64,000 nt of DNA from an uncultured Anaerolineales bacterium (lineage in GTDB: Bacteria > Chloroflexota > Anaerolineae > CG2-30-64-16): contig CAZPTI010000001.1 of NCBI GenBank assembly GCA_964588925.1, positions 26,933-90,932 on the forward strand, read 5' to 3'. Positions 35,404 through 45,353 of the stretch are shown here, piece after piece. The translations under genes were made by a program, and so were the position numbers. Under the pieces are notes generated by a model that saw only the letters and a program-made list of their open reading frames with translations, made no database searches and had not been told where the DNA came from. How positions within the stretch are numbered: the first letter of the stretch is position 1; each line of letters starts with the position of its first letter.

Positions 35404-37176
35404 ATGACTATCGGGCGCCGTTTGCGACGCGCCAGAACGACGCCTGGCGCTCAGGCGGCGCTTGGCGAGCTCGGGCAGTTGGCGCAGGCTGCCAGGGCTG
35501 AGACCACTGCCCCTCTGGATCGCGGGCGCTACCTGCGCGTGGCGTTCTTCTTTGCCCGCCTCTTCCTCTCCTTCATAGGCTGGAATCTGATCCTTGCCAA
35601 CACGCCCGGCTTCCGCGCCTTCGCGCGTAGCACTAATTCCGCCCGCTGGCAGGGCCACGCGCGGCGTTACCGCGGCCTGGCGGTGCGTTATGGCGGGGTG
35701 CTCATCAAGCTCGGCCAGTTCCTCAGCATCCGAGTTGACATCTTGCCCCCCGAAGTGACCGCCGAACTGCGCGGCTTGCAGGACGAAGTGCCCGCGGAGA
35801 GCTTCGAGGACGTGCGCGCGGTCATCGAGGCGGAGTTCAAGCGGCCCCTAGAAGAGGTCTATGCGTGGCTGTCACCCGAGCCGAAGGCCGCCGCATCGCT
35901 GGCGCAGGTGCATCTCGCCCGGCTGCGCGACGGCGAGGAGGTCGTCGTCAAAGTGCAGCGCCGGCGCATCGGCCAGTTGGTGGAAACGGACCTGGCCGCG
36001 CTTCGGCTGGCGACGAACTGGCTTAGGTTACCTCGGCCCAGCCGCCGCCTCGCGGACCTTGCCCGTCGGTCCGCGGCGGTCGCGCGACCGACGCGCGAAG
36101 AGCTGGATTTCGTCCAGGAGGGGCGCAACGCCGACCGGTTCGCGGCCGACTTCGCGAACGACCCCGGCATCTACATCGCGGACGTCTTCTGGGACTGGAC
36201 CACGCGCAGAGTGCTCACCTTGGAGAACGTCGCCAGCATCAAAATCGACGACCTGCAGGCCATCGAGGCCGCGGGGATCAGCCGGAGCGAGGTGGCGCGG
36301 CGGCTGTACGACACCTACCTCGAGCAAATCTTCGTCCACAGCTTCGTCCACGCCGACCCGCATCCCGGCAACCTGTTCGTCCACCCGCTCGACATGCCGC
36401 CGGACGCCCCTCCCGGCGCCCCGCGCCCCTTCTGGCTGATCTTCGTCGATTTCGGCATGGTGGCGGTTATCCCGGAGAGCATGCGCGGCGCGATGCGCGA
36501 TGTGGCGATTGCCGTGGGGACGCGGGACGCGCGGCGGCTGGTGCAGGCGTATTACGACGCGGGCGTGCTGCTCCCCGGCGCGGACCGGCAGCGCATCGAG
36601 GAGCTGCACGACGTGCTCTTTGCGCGCTTCGGCGGGGTCCGCATGGGCCAGTTGAGCGACATGGCAATGCAGCAGGCCGGTTTCCTCATCCGCGAGTACC
36701 GCGACCTGCTCTACGACCTGCCATTCCAGTTCCCCACCGACATCCTCTTCGCCATGCGCGCGGTCGCCATCCTCTCCGGCATGGCGACGACGCTCGACCC
36801 GCACTTCGACCCGTGGGCCGCGACCCTGCCCTTTGCCGAGCGGCTGGCGCAGGCGCAGCTCACGCGCGACTGGCGCTCGATCCTGGACGAGTTGGGCAGC
36901 ATCGCGCAGCTTGCCCTCATGCTGCCGCAGCGGCTCGACCGCTTCCTCACCGCAGCCGAACGCGGCGAACTGGTGCAGCAAACCGCGCTTGCGCCGGACG
37001 CGGCGAAGGCGATCAAGCGGCTGGAGCGCACGGTCGACCGCCTCACGTGGACCGTTGCCGCGGGCGGGTTGCTGATCGCCGGCATGATGTTCCGCACCGG
37101 AGATGGCTCGCCGGGCGTCAGCACCGCGCTGTTTATCGCATCCGGCGTGTTGTTTCTGTGGGGCCTCTTGAGGTAG
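35404..37176 (+). CDS. ABC1/UbiB-family atypical kinase
   Basis: LGQFLSIRVDILPPEV, ASLAQVHLA, VVVKVQRRRI, HADPHPGNLFV and FVDFGMV, with C-terminal TM helices. Confidence 0.85.
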   Translation: MTIGRRLRRARTTPGAQAALGELGQLAQAARAETTAPLDRGRYLRVAFFFARLFLSFIGWNLILANTPGFRAFARSTNSARWQGHARRYRGLAVRYGGVLIKLGQFLSIRVDILPPEVTAELRGLQDEVPAESFEDVRAVIEAEFKRPLEEVYAWLSPEPKAAASLAQVHLARLRDGEEVVVKVQRRRIGQLVETDLAALRLATNWLRLPRPSRRLADLARRSAAVARPTREELDFVQEGRNADRFAADFANDPGIYIADVFWDWTTRRVLTLENVASIKIDDLQAIEAAGISRSEVARRLYDTYLEQIFVHSFVHADPHPGNLFVHPLDMPPDAPPGAPRPFWLIFVDFGMVAVIPESMRGAMRDVAIAVGTRDARRLVQAYYDAGVLLPGADRQRIEELHDVLFARFGGVRMGQLSDMAMQQAGFLIREYRDLLYDLPFQFPTDILFAMRAVAILSGMATTLDPHFDPWAATLPFAERLAQAQLTRDWRSILDELGSIAQLALMLPQRLDRFLTAAERGELVQQTALAPDAAKAIKRLERTVDRLTWTVAAGGLLIAGMMFRTGDGSPGVSTALFIASGVLFLWGLLR

Positions 37177-37179
37177 CCC

Positions 37180-39660
37180 CTAAGAAGGTGTCAACATCAA
37201 CCGCCGCCGAGCGCCCCGCTCCACATCCTCCCGCCGGTACAGCATCGGGTGATACTTCCCCTTGAACCATCCCGCGATCTGATCGTCGTAATGGGGGCTG
37301 TCCGGCCGGCCGGAATTGCCCGGCGCGAGCAGGCCGTAGCTGCGCGACAAATCAGAGAAGTCAGCGATGAAGCGGAACGGCGGGCCGACCACTGCCGTGC
37401 TGGCCGCGCGCGTTAGCCCGCCGCCGGTGGCGAAGATGGTGTTGCCGTCGCCGCCGAGAGGGTACGGGCCGCGGCTGAAGTGGCCGGAGAGCGCGGGAAC
37501 TCGCCCCGCGACGTGACCGAACGTCACCATATGAATGCGGCCCCACGCCCAGTTGCGATAGTCGGGCGGCTGCGGGGGGCCGAGGCGCTCCGCGAGGTAG
37601 TTGCGCGTGCGCGCCAGCGCGAGGCGCATCACGGCATCGCGCGTCTCCCCGTTGCCGAGGTCAAACCAGCGGGAGTCGGGCTGCTCCAGGATCATGTAGA
37701 GCCACTCCCACAAGCGGTGATAGAAGAAGCTCGTTTCCTGTATCCCCGGCGTTGGCCCCTTGCCCATTGCGCGATCCACGAGCGACGGCCCGCCGCGCTC
37801 GCCACCCGCGTTCCCCAGCCGCGCTTCCAGAATGACCCGCTGCATCAGGCGGCCAAAGATTTCGCACACGGCCGCGGCCGGACTGTCTGCGCGCAACTCC
37901 CAGTCCCACTGCCTGACCAGGGTCACGAGTCCCTCCAGCTCGGGCTCGTTCACCTCCAGCTTGCCCAGCAGCTTAGCAAGGCGCACCATCGACGGCGAAC
38001 GCTGGTCGAGGTGCATCTGGCGGACGACCGGCGCGCTGACTTTCGGCGCGCGTTCAATCAGTGCCGCAATGCGTTCAGCCCGGTCTCCCATGCTAAACTC
38101 GCCGCTGATAAAATACGGATAGCTCTCGTCCACCACGCGGTTGTTCGCGGTCACGATGTAACCGCGTTCGGGGTTGCGCTGGTGTGGCAGTTCGTCGAAG
38201 GGGATGAAGCCAGCCCACTCCCACTCGCCGGTCCAACCGGGAACGGGCGTCTTGCCCTGGCCTTGCGCCCGAACCGGCACGCGGCCCGCATAGGTGTAGC
38301 CGATGTTCCCTGCCGTGTCGGCATACACCACGTTCTGAACCGGCGCGACCCACCCGCGCAGCGCCTCGCGGAACGTGTCGCAACTTTCTGTGCGGTTCAT
38401 GGCGCGCAGCGTGTCGATCATGCCGGGTGATTCATCGAGCGCGGTCCAGCGCAAGGCCAGCGGTTCCGCAGGCAGGCCGTCCGCGCCTGGCTGCGTGGCA
38501 AGGCCGCGCGCAAGCTCGTTAATCACCGGCCCGTGCGCCGTAACAATCACCTCCTGCGTGACGATCCCCGCGCCCTTCACGCGGATTTCCTCGTCCCGCG
38601 TTTCGGCCTTGCGCCACTCGCCGCGGCGCTCATATTCGACCGCGCGCCCCGTCCGTCGCAGCCTTTCGACATACAGGTCCTGGACGTCCGCGAAGCCGTT
38701 GGTGAAGCCCCACGCCACGCGGCCGTTGTGGCCGGAAACGACGTAAGGGATGCCGGGGAAGGTGACGCCGGTCACGTCGAGTGAACCGTCGGTCAGCGCG
38801 AGATGGTTCTCATACCAGATCGCCGGGCTGGAGATGGGCAGGTGCATGTCGTTCGCCAGCAGCGGTTTGCCGCTGACGGTGCGGGAACCGGCGATGACCC
38901 AGTTATTGCTGCCGCTTGAGCCGGGCGCGGAAGGCAGGTCGCGCTCATGTGAGGGAACTTGACCGGGGCCAACTTCGGCAGAACGCCCCTCGCTCGCGGC
39001 AAAATCCGGCCGGGAGCGAAAGAGGTTCGCCAGCGACGTAATGATCGGCGAGTCGCAGCCACCCTGCTCAAGCTCCGCCGCGCGCTCCGGGCCTAGCCGC
39101 GCAATGATCTCCGCGCGCAGCAACTCGGTCTCCCAGTTAATCGACAGCCCCCATGCCATCATCTTTGCCCAGCAGAGCGAGTCCGCCGGCGTCCACGGTT
39201 CCGGGCGATAGCGCAGCAGGGTGAACTCAATCGGCAGGGGTTGCGCGTCGATTGCCGCATTGACGCCCGCGGCGTAGGCATCCATGTCCGCGCAGCTCTC
39301 CGCGCTCAACGCAGCCGCCTCCGCCTCGGCCACGCGGCGCATGCCCAGGATGCGCATGGCGCGGTCCGTCTCGACGGTCATGGCGCCGAAAATCTCCGAC
39401 AGCCGCCCGCGCACGACGCGGCGCTGAAAGTCCATCTGCCAGAGGCGATCCTGCGCATGGACGAAGCCCTGCGCGAAGAGCAGGTCATGCAGGCTGGCGG
39501 CATAGATATGCGGCACGCCCCAGCGATCACGGAGCACCTCGACGGGCGCGGCCAGGCCGGAGAGGCGGAGGCGACCACGCGTCTTGCTCGAACGGGTGCG
39601 CTCGACGCCCGTGAGCGTCAGGTGCAAGGCTGCCGTGGCAGCGCGCGTCAGTGGCGGCAT
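37180..39660 (-). CDS. Penicillin acylase family (S45 Ntn-hydrolase)
   Basis: GSSGSNNWVIAGSRTVSGKPLLANDMHL shows an N-terminal nucleophile Ser after the spacer. Start set to ATG 39660; the ORF-track start at 39681 is TTG. Confidence 0.85.
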   Translation of the reverse strand: MPPLTRAATAALHLTLTGVERTRSSKTRGRLRLSGLAAPVEVLRDRWGVPHIYAASLHDLLFAQGFVHAQDRLWQMDFQRRVVRGRLSEIFGAMTVETDRAMRILGMRRVAEAEAAALSAESCADMDAYAAGVNAAIDAQPLPIEFTLLRYRPEPWTPADSLCWAKMMAWGLSINWETELLRAEIIARLGPERAAELEQGGCDSPIITSLANLFRSRPDFAASEGRSAEVGPGQVPSHERDLPSAPGSSGSNNWVIAGSRTVSGKPLLANDMHLPISSPAIWYENHLALTDGSLDVTGVTFPGIPYVVSGHNGRVAWGFTNGFADVQDLYVERLRRTGRAVEYERRGEWRKAETRDEEIRVKGAGIVTQEVIVTAHGPVINELARGLATQPGADGLPAEPLALRWTALDESPGMIDTLRAMNRTESCDTFREALRGWVAPVQNVVYADTAGNIGYTYAGRVPVRAQGQGKTPVPGWTGEWEWAGFIPFDELPHQRNPERGYIVTANNRVVDESYPYFISGEFSMGDRAERIAALIERAPKVSAPVVRQMHLDQRSPSMVRLAKLLGKLEVNEPELEGLVTLVRQWDWELRADSPAAAVCEIFGRLMQRVILEARLGNAGGERGGPSLVDRAMGKGPTPGIQETSFFYHRLWEWLYMILEQPDSRWFDLGNGETRDAVMRLALARTRNYLAERLGPPQPPDYRNWAWGRIHMVTFGHVAGRVPALSGHFSRGPYPLGGDGNTIFATGGGLTRAASTAVVGPPFRFIADFSDLSRSYGLLAPGNSGRPDSPHYDDQIAGWFKGKYHPMLYRREDVERGARRRLMLTPS

Positions 39661-39684
39661 GTCATACTCGGTTAAATACAAAGA

Positions 39685-39711
39685 CCTGTCAGGTTTGGGA
39701 AACCTGACAGG
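39685..39711 (-). terminator. Rho-independent terminator after the acyl-CoA dehydrogenase gene
   Basis: 12-bp stem CCUGUCAGGUUU/AAACCUGACAGG with a 3-nt loop. On the minus strand it is followed by UCUUUGUAUUU. Confidence 0.75.
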
Positions 39712-39722
39712 CCTGGCCTATT

Positions 39723-40865
39723 TCAGCCCTTCGTCAGCTCGCGCGCGATGATCACGCGCTGAATCTGGCTCGTCCCCTCGTAGATCTGGTAAATCTTCGC
39801 GTCGCGCATCAGCTTCTCGACGGGGTACTCGGCGCTGTAGCCGTAGCCGCCGAACACCTGCACTGCGTCGGTCGTTGCCTTCATGCACATATCGGCCGCG
39901 AATGCCTTCGCAATGGCGGCTTCCTTGACGTTCGGCTTGCCGTTGTCGACCAGCCACGCAGCGTGACGGACGAGGTGCTCCGCGGCCTCAATGTTCATCG
40001 CCATGTCAGCCAGCATGAAGCTAATGGCCTGGTTGGCGACGATGGGCTTGCCAAACGCCTTGCGTTCCATCGAGTAGCGCGTCGCTTCGTCGAGCGCGCG
40101 CCGGGCCACGCCGACTGCTGCAGCAGCCACCGGCGGTCGCGAGCGGTCGAACACTTTCATCGCAATCAAAAAGCCGTCGCCGTCGTTGCCGAGCCGGTTC
40201 TCCGCGGGGACGCACACATCCTCCATGACGATCTCGCCCGTCCAGGCGGCGTGCTGCCCCATCTTGTGGATCGGCTTGCTCAAGCTGACGCCCGGCCAGT
40301 CGCGCTCGACGATGAACGCGCTCATGCCCCTGTGCCGCGCCTCGGGGTCAGTCTTGGCGAAGATGACGAAGAAGCTGGCAACAGGGGCGTTGGTGATCCA
40401 CGTTTTTGTGCCGTTGAGGTAGTAGTCGTTGCCGCGCTTGACGGCGGTGGTGAGGATGCCGGCCACGTCCGAGCCGGCTGCGGGTTCGGTCAGGCCGTAG
40501 GCGGCAAGCTCGCCGCCGGTAGTGAGGCGGGGCAAGTAGCGCTGCTTCTGCTCCTCGTTGCCGCCGAGGATGATCGGCCAGGAGGCGAGGTTGTTGAGCA
40601 TGAGCGCGGTCTGGATGCCGGAACAGCCCCAGGCGAGTTCCTCGTTGATGATGCACTCTTCAAGGACGCCCAGGCCGGGGCCCCCGTAGGCCTCGGGGAT
40701 GTTGGAGCTGATCAGACCGAGCGGCCCGGCCTTCTTAACGATCGGCCAGGGGTATTCGTCGCTGCGGTCATAATGCTCGGCGACCGGGAGGATCTCCTTC
40801 TTCGCAAAGCTCCGGGCCATGTCCCGGATCATTTCCTGTTCTTCCGTGAGCCTGTAGTCCAACAT
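39723..40865 (-). CDS. Acyl-CoA dehydrogenase
   Basis: [18 protein letters not shown], the C-terminal catalytic region [34 protein letters not shown]. Confidence 0.9.
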   Translation of the reverse strand: MLDYRLTEEQEMIRDMARSFAKKEILPVAEHYDRSDEYPWPIVKKAGPLGLISSNIPEAYGGPGLGVLEECIINEELAWGCSGIQTALMLNNLASWPIILGGNEEQKQRYLPRLTTGGELAAYGLTEPAAGSDVAGILTTAVKRGNDYYLNGTKTWITNAPVASFFVIFAKTDPEARHRGMSAFIVERDWPGVSLSKPIHKMGQHAAWTGEIVMEDVCVPAENRLGNDGDGFLIAMKVFDRSRPPVAAAAVGVARRALDEATRYSMERKAFGKPIVANQAISFMLADMAMNIEAAEHLVRHAAWLVDNGKPNVKEAAIAKAFAADMCMKATTDAVQVFGGYGYSAEYPVEKLMRDAKIYQIYEGTSQIQRVIIARELTKG

Positions 40866-41023
40866 TGGGCTTCCTCCATCTCTGCGCGTGTCAAGGGCCG
40901 GTATCGAAGCTTTGTTATTGTAGATGCGCGATGCGTCAAAAACCGGATGCGCTCTTCCGATGTGGCGCGTCGAGGGCAGTATCGCGCCGGGGAGACGGTT
41001 GTGTCAACGAGAACAAAAAAGAC

Positions 41024-41059
41024 CCGACGAGTTTGCAAACTCGTCGGGTCTCGCGATAG
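41024..41059 (-). terminator. Rho-independent terminator after the cNMP-domain gene
   Basis: Perfect palindrome GACCCGACGAGTTTGCAAACTCGTCGGGTC. On the minus strand it is followed by UUUUUUGUU. Confidence 0.85.
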
Positions 41060-41069
41060 CGGACGAAGC

Positions 41070-42824
41070 TTAGAAATTCTTGCGGAAAATGACGCTGAAC
41101 GAGTTGTGGAACAGCGTGTTGCCACCCTCGCCCGGCGAGCAATCCGCCTCGTCCGTGAAGTTCGAGTGCAGCGGCTGCGCAATGTCGGTGCTGGCCGGAT
41201 TTGAGCCGTCCGTGCTGATGTAGACGGAGTACTCGGCCATTTTCCACATGATGAACTCGGCCATGCCCGGCCCCTTTGAGCCGGACATCTGCTTGTCGAT
41301 CACGTTGCCATAGCCGCCGTTCGGCGTCTGGATGAGCAGCACGCCGTCGACCGGGTTGCCCGCCCCATCCACCACCTTAACGAAGATGTTGTGCTTACCC
41401 TTGTTCTCGCAGGGGCTGAGGCGACGCGCTTCGATCAGGGAGAACTGCACGCTCGGCTTTGCCGGAGCCGGGGCCGCCTTTGGCGCTGCGGCAACTGCGG
41501 CTTGAACTGCCGGGGCAGCCGGCGCCTTTGCCACCGCGCGCACAGGAACGCGGGTCGGCACCGGCGTGTTCGTCGGCGGGACCGGCGTGTCAGTGGGCGG
41601 CAGAGGCGTAAACGTCGCGGTCGGGATGGGCGTGTCAGTGGGCGTGGCGGTCGGCGTAAACGTCGGCGTCGGGATGGGCGTCTCGGTCGGCCACGGGGTG
41701 TAAGTCGGCGTGACGTCTGTGGGCAGGTCCGCGATCATAGCGACGCGCACCGCGCGGTCCTGGTAGCTGGCTGCGGCCATCGGCGCGCTGCTGATGCCGG
41801 AGGTCTGCGATACGAGCGAATTGATGATCGCCACCGCGGCTGCGCCGAGCACCCAGAGCAGGAGCACGATCACCGCAACGAGGCGGATCTTCGCGCCCGT
41901 GCTGCTGCGGCTCCACCAGGAGGTGGACGGGCCGGCCGCGCGGCTGAGGCCGGTCAGCGCGCCGGTGACTGCGGGGGCAGGGGGCGGAGGCGGCGCGGCG
42001 ACAACGGGCGCGGGAGCCACGGCAACCGGCGCAGCGCGCAGATTGCGCTCGCGCAGGCGGCGGCTGACCATGCGGCTGAGGTTGAGCGCCAGCACGGGGT
42101 AGCGCAGGGCCAACTGCTCGAAATCCGCGCGACCCAGCGACCACGCTTCCACATCGGTTAGAGCGGTCGCGGTGGTGCTGCGCGGCTCGCCTGTCAGGAA
42201 CGCGCCCTCGCCGAACACTTCGCCCGCGCCGATGGTCGCGATGACCGAGCTCACCCCGCCCACCTGCACCTGACCGGCATCGATCAGATACATGGCTTCG
42301 CCTTCCGCGCCTTGCCGGTAGATGGTCTGGCCGGACTTGAAATGCTCGGGGCGAAGGTGGGCGACAACGTCGCGCAGTTCCGGTTGCCCCAGCCCGCGCA
42401 TCAACTCAAGCTGGCGCAGGTGGCGTTCGAGCGCCTGGTCCTCGCTCACACCCAACGCAACCTTGAGCGCGCGGGCGATGGCAGGGTTCTGCTCGAAGAT
42501 GGCCTTCATGTCCGTGTCGCGCAACGACCAGAGGGACACATCCGAGGCCGCTTCGGCAGACATGCTGTAGGAGCGACCGAGCAGCATGTCGGTTTCGCCG
42601 AGCAGCGAGCCTGCGCCCACGTTGCTCAGGACGCCGAACTGGTCATTGAGGAGGCGCGCCCAGCCGGAGCGGATCAGGTACAGCGCGGTCGCAGGGCGTC
42701 CTTGCTGGTAGATAACATCGCCCGCGCGCCGCGTTTCTGTGACCATGCGGTCTGCGATCACGGTGCGCTGCTCCTCGGTGAGCACCGAGAAGAGCGGCGT
42801 GTTCTCCATCATGGATTCTTTCAC
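41070..42824 (-). CDS. Membrane protein: two cytoplasmic cNMP-binding domains, a TM helix, a Pro/Thr linker and an unassigned C-terminal ectodomain
   Basis: Two CAP-type cNMP-binding units (GDVIYQQG...LYLIRSGW...GSLLGETD; GQTIYRQG...MYLIDAG...GEVFGEGA) and the TM helix LVAVIVLLLWVLGAAAVAII. GTG 42824 lies 8 nt after AAGGAG. Confidence 0.75.
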   Translation of the reverse strand: MKESMMENTPLFSVLTEEQRTVIADRMVTETRRAGDVIYQQGRPATALYLIRSGWARLLNDQFGVLSNVGAGSLLGETDMLLGRSYSMSAEAASDVSLWSLRDTDMKAIFEQNPAIARALKVALGVSEDQALERHLRQLELMRGLGQPELRDVVAHLRPEHFKSGQTIYRQGAEGEAMYLIDAGQVQVGGVSSVIATIGAGEVFGEGAFLTGEPRSTTATALTDVEAWSLGRADFEQLALRYPVLALNLSRMVSRRLRERNLRAAPVAVAPAPVVAAPPPPPAPAVTGALTGLSRAAGPSTSWWSRSSTGAKIRLVAVIVLLLWVLGAAAVAIINSLVSQTSGISSAPMAAASYQDRAVRVAMIADLPTDVTPTYTPWPTETPIPTPTFTPTATPTDTPIPTATFTPLPPTDTPVPPTNTPVPTRVPVRAVAKAPAAPAVQAAVAAAPKAAPAPAKPSVQFSLIEARRLSPCENKGKHNIFVKVVDGAGNPVDGVLLIQTPNGGYGNVIDKQMSGSKGPGMAEFIMWKMAEYSVYISTDGSNPASTDIAQPLHSNFTDEADCSPGEGGNTLFHNSFSVIFRKNF

Positions 42825-42849
42825 TCGTAATTCTCCTTCGCCTTGGCCG

Positions 42850-44271
42850 CTAGTAGGAGCGGCGGAAGGTTACTGTCCAGGAATGGTGGCCGGTGCATCC
42901 GTTGCTGCGGACGAAGGCGTCGCACGTGCCGTCTTCGGTGCAGTAGCCTGCGCCCTTCAGATCATCCCGCGAGATGTCGGCAGAGGTAGTCGACAGCCCG
43001 GCCACATAGTCGCTGGTCACGTTGCGGCCATCGACATCTCGAATAACCGTAACTTCCTGACCGCCGCCCAGGACGAATTCAGCATCACCGGGAACACCCT
43101 TGTGCCCCGTGACAACTTCTTCCTTTGCGTCGCCGAGATGCGCCTTGATGGTGACGCCGTTGAGCGGGCTGCCGGCAGCATCAACTACTTTGACATGCAA
43201 CTCGCGACGCCAGCCGCAATTAACAGACGTTCCCGCATGGTAACCGCCGGTTTCCTCCACGGTCCAGAGCCGCCTCTCGATGACCCGAAAATCAGGTCCG
43301 CCGGTCGGCGCCTGAGTCACAGGCGCGGCCGTCGGCTGCGCGGCAGCAGTCGGGCGAGGCGCCGCGGTTGGAACGGGCGGGATGTTCTGCGCCACAGCCA
43401 CCGTGTCAATCGCACCGAGCACGCGAATGACGGTGCCCGCGACCCACGCCTGCTGCGCGCCACCGTATTCGATCTGCCACCAGTCGCCCGACTCGTTGCG
43501 GCCGATAATCGGGACTTCCTGCCCCGCGGCGAGGCGACCGATGACGGGATACGCCTTGCCCGGCCCGCCGCGCAAGTTCACCGCGCTGTCTGCGATCACG
43601 CGCGGATTTTGCGGCTCCGGCGTCGGGCTGCTGGTCGGCGCGGCAGCGGTCGCAGCCGGCGCTTCTGTTGCGGTAGGCGGAACGGAAGTCGCCGTCGCAG
43701 CGTCCGTGGGCGGAGGGGCAACGGTTTCCGTTGCCGGCGGCTCGACCGTCGCAGCCAACACGGTCGGCCCGGCTGCCGTCGTGGGTGCGGGAGCGACGGT
43801 CGGCGAGAGGTACGCGGTTAGTTTTTGACTGCGCGCGCCGAGCATCTCGGCCAGCCGCGCGCTCGCCTCAATCTCTTCGCGAGCGCGTCCCGCGACCATG
43901 TCCGACTCAGCCAGCGAGACAAGCAGTTGGGCGGGGTTGGCAAGGTTTAGCTTGTCCAGCCGCGCCTGGGCCTGCTGGAGGTCGCCGTTCGTTGCGTAGT
44001 CCGCCGCGATCTGGCGCAGCGCGGCCTCCCGGCTCTCCGCGGACCCAGGCTGGCCGCCAGAAGATGCGCAGGCGGCGGCAAACAGGGCGACGGAAAGCAG
44101 GAGAACGAAAAGAACGGCGCGTAACGACAAGCGCCGCAGGCCGAACCGGCTGCGGTTGGGGTGGCGGTGTTCAGTCATGCGGTTTTGGGACCAGGAGCCT
44201 GGGGAATGCGTTGGCGAGACGCTGCGGTCTAAACAGCTTACGTCGCGCGCTTCCCCGGAAGCGTCAAGCAT
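42850..44271 (-). CDS. Membrane/lipoprotein with a bacterial SH3 domain and the same unassigned C-terminal ectodomain
   Basis: TM/lipobox-like LLSVALFAAAC, SH3b-like NLRGGPGKAYPVIGRLAAGQEVPIIGRNESGDWWQIEY, and a C-terminal domain paralogous to that of 41070-42824. The start is uncertain (ATG 44271 or ATG 44178). Confidence 0.7.
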   Translation of the reverse strand: MLDASGEARDVSCLDRSVSPTHSPGSWSQNRMTEHRHPNRSRFGLRRLSLRAVLFVLLLSVALFAAACASSGGQPGSAESREAALRQIAADYATNGDLQQAQARLDKLNLANPAQLLVSLAESDMVAGRAREEIEASARLAEMLGARSQKLTAYLSPTVAPAPTTAAGPTVLAATVEPPATETVAPPPTDAATATSVPPTATEAPAATAAAPTSSPTPEPQNPRVIADSAVNLRGGPGKAYPVIGRLAAGQEVPIIGRNESGDWWQIEYGGAQQAWVAGTVIRVLGAIDTVAVAQNIPPVPTAAPRPTAAAQPTAAPVTQAPTGGPDFRVIERRLWTVEETGGYHAGTSVNCGWRRELHVKVVDAAGSPLNGVTIKAHLGDAKEEVVTGHKGVPGDAEFVLGGGQEVTVIRDVDGRNVTSDYVAGLSTTSADISRDDLKGAGYCTEDGTCDAFVRSNGCTGHHSWTVTFRRSY

Positions 44272-44430
44272 CTAAGTTTGTTCCCCATGCGTGATTTTAG
44301 GGTGCAGTTTGGCCGGAGACCGGCGGCGCTGCTATAATGCCTCTCGCTGACGAAAGCCAGCATTTGCCGGGCGCAACCGGCAACGACATGGGTGGATGGG
44401 AATTAACACGGACCTTGAGACAAGCGCGTG

Positions 44431-44513
44431 TGCCGAAGGTGGGAATCGAACCCACATGGGGCAACCCCCAGCGGTGTTTGAGACCGCCGCGTCTACCTTT
44501 CCGCCACTTCGGC
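44431..44513 (-). tRNA. tRNA-Leu (anticodon CAA), type II with a long variable arm
   Basis: Acceptor GCCGAAG/CTTCGGC with discriminator A. Anticodon stem GCGGT/ACCGC with loop CU-CAA-AC. Variable arm GGGG-GTTG-CCCC. T-arm GTGGG-TTCGATT-CCCAC. CCA is not encoded. Confidence 0.95.
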
Positions 44514-44525
44514 AAGCAAGAGGAA

Positions 44526-44554
44526 AGTATAATCGAAGGCGCATGGCGCGTCAA
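44526..44554 (-). promoter_or_regulatory. tRNA-Leu promoter (TTGACG, 17 nt, TATACT)
   Basis: On the minus strand TTGACG (44554-44549), a 17-nt spacer and TATACT (44531-44526). The predicted TSS is about 6 nt upstream of the mature tRNA 5' end. Confidence 0.7.
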
Positions 44555-44574
44555 GTTCGTTCGACTTGTGACCG

Positions 44575-45315
44575 GTGATACGGATGCTTAAACTCCCCAG
44601 GTTCGCCCTGGCGTCGTTCGCCTGGCGGCCGGTTATTTCGGTTTTGGTGCTGACCGCGTCCTTGCGCGATGAGGGATACCGCCGCGCGGGACGCGGCGCG
44701 CCCGGCGGACGGCACGAATATGACGAGGAGGCTTTGCTGGCGGCTGCGCTGCGCGGCGACCTCCCCGCCTTCAACCAGATCATCCTTCATTATCAAAGCC
44801 TCGCGTACAACATCGCGTACCGGCTGACGAATGATTCGGATGTCGCAGCGGATGCGGTGCAGGATGCGTTCATCAAGGCGTACCAGCGCCTCAGCCAGTA
44901 TCGCGGGGGTTCCTTTAAGTCCTGGCTGTTGCGCATCGTCACCAACACCTGTTACGACGCGCTGCGCGCGGCCAAGCGGCGGCCCACCACGCCGCTCGAC
45001 GGCGAAGAGGACGAGGACGATCCCGAGTACGATTCCCGCCTGATCGACGGCCACGAGCGGCCCGAGCAATACGCCATGCGGCAGGAACTGGCGATCGCGC
45101 TGCAAAAAGCCATCAGCCAGCTCCCGCCCGACCAGCGCACGGCCCTCGTCCTGTCCGACGTCGAGGGGTTGGATTATCAGGAAATCGCGGACGCGACCGG
45201 CGCGGCGCTCGGCACGGTTAAATCGCGGTTGAGTCGCGCGCGGGCAAAGGTGCGCGACCTGCTCCTGGAGCATGAGGAACTATTGCCCGCAAGCTACCGT
45301 CTGACAGACAGGTAG
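44575..45315 (+). CDS. ECF (group IV) RNA polymerase sigma factor
   Basis: Region 2 is AFNQIILHYQSLAYNIAYRLTNDSDVAADAVQDAFIKAY...SFKSWLLRIVTN. Region 4 is LPPDQRTALVLSDVEGLDYQEIADATGAALGTVKSRLSRAR. The GTG 44575 start gives an unusual ~50-aa N-terminal extension, so the true start may be internal (TTG/GTG at 44644-44662). Confidence 0.8.
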   Translation: MIRMLKLPRFALASFAWRPVISVLVLTASLRDEGYRRAGRGAPGGRHEYDEEALLAAALRGDLPAFNQIILHYQSLAYNIAYRLTNDSDVAADAVQDAFIKAYQRLSQYRGGSFKSWLLRIVTNTCYDALRAAKRRPTTPLDGEEDEDDPEYDSRLIDGHERPEQYAMRQELAIALQKAISQLPPDQRTALVLSDVEGLDYQEIADATGAALGTVKSRLSRARAKVRDLLLEHEELLPASYRLTDR

Positions 45316-45353
45316 ATAAATCCACCCAATTCCTTTGGAACCGTGAGTCATCC

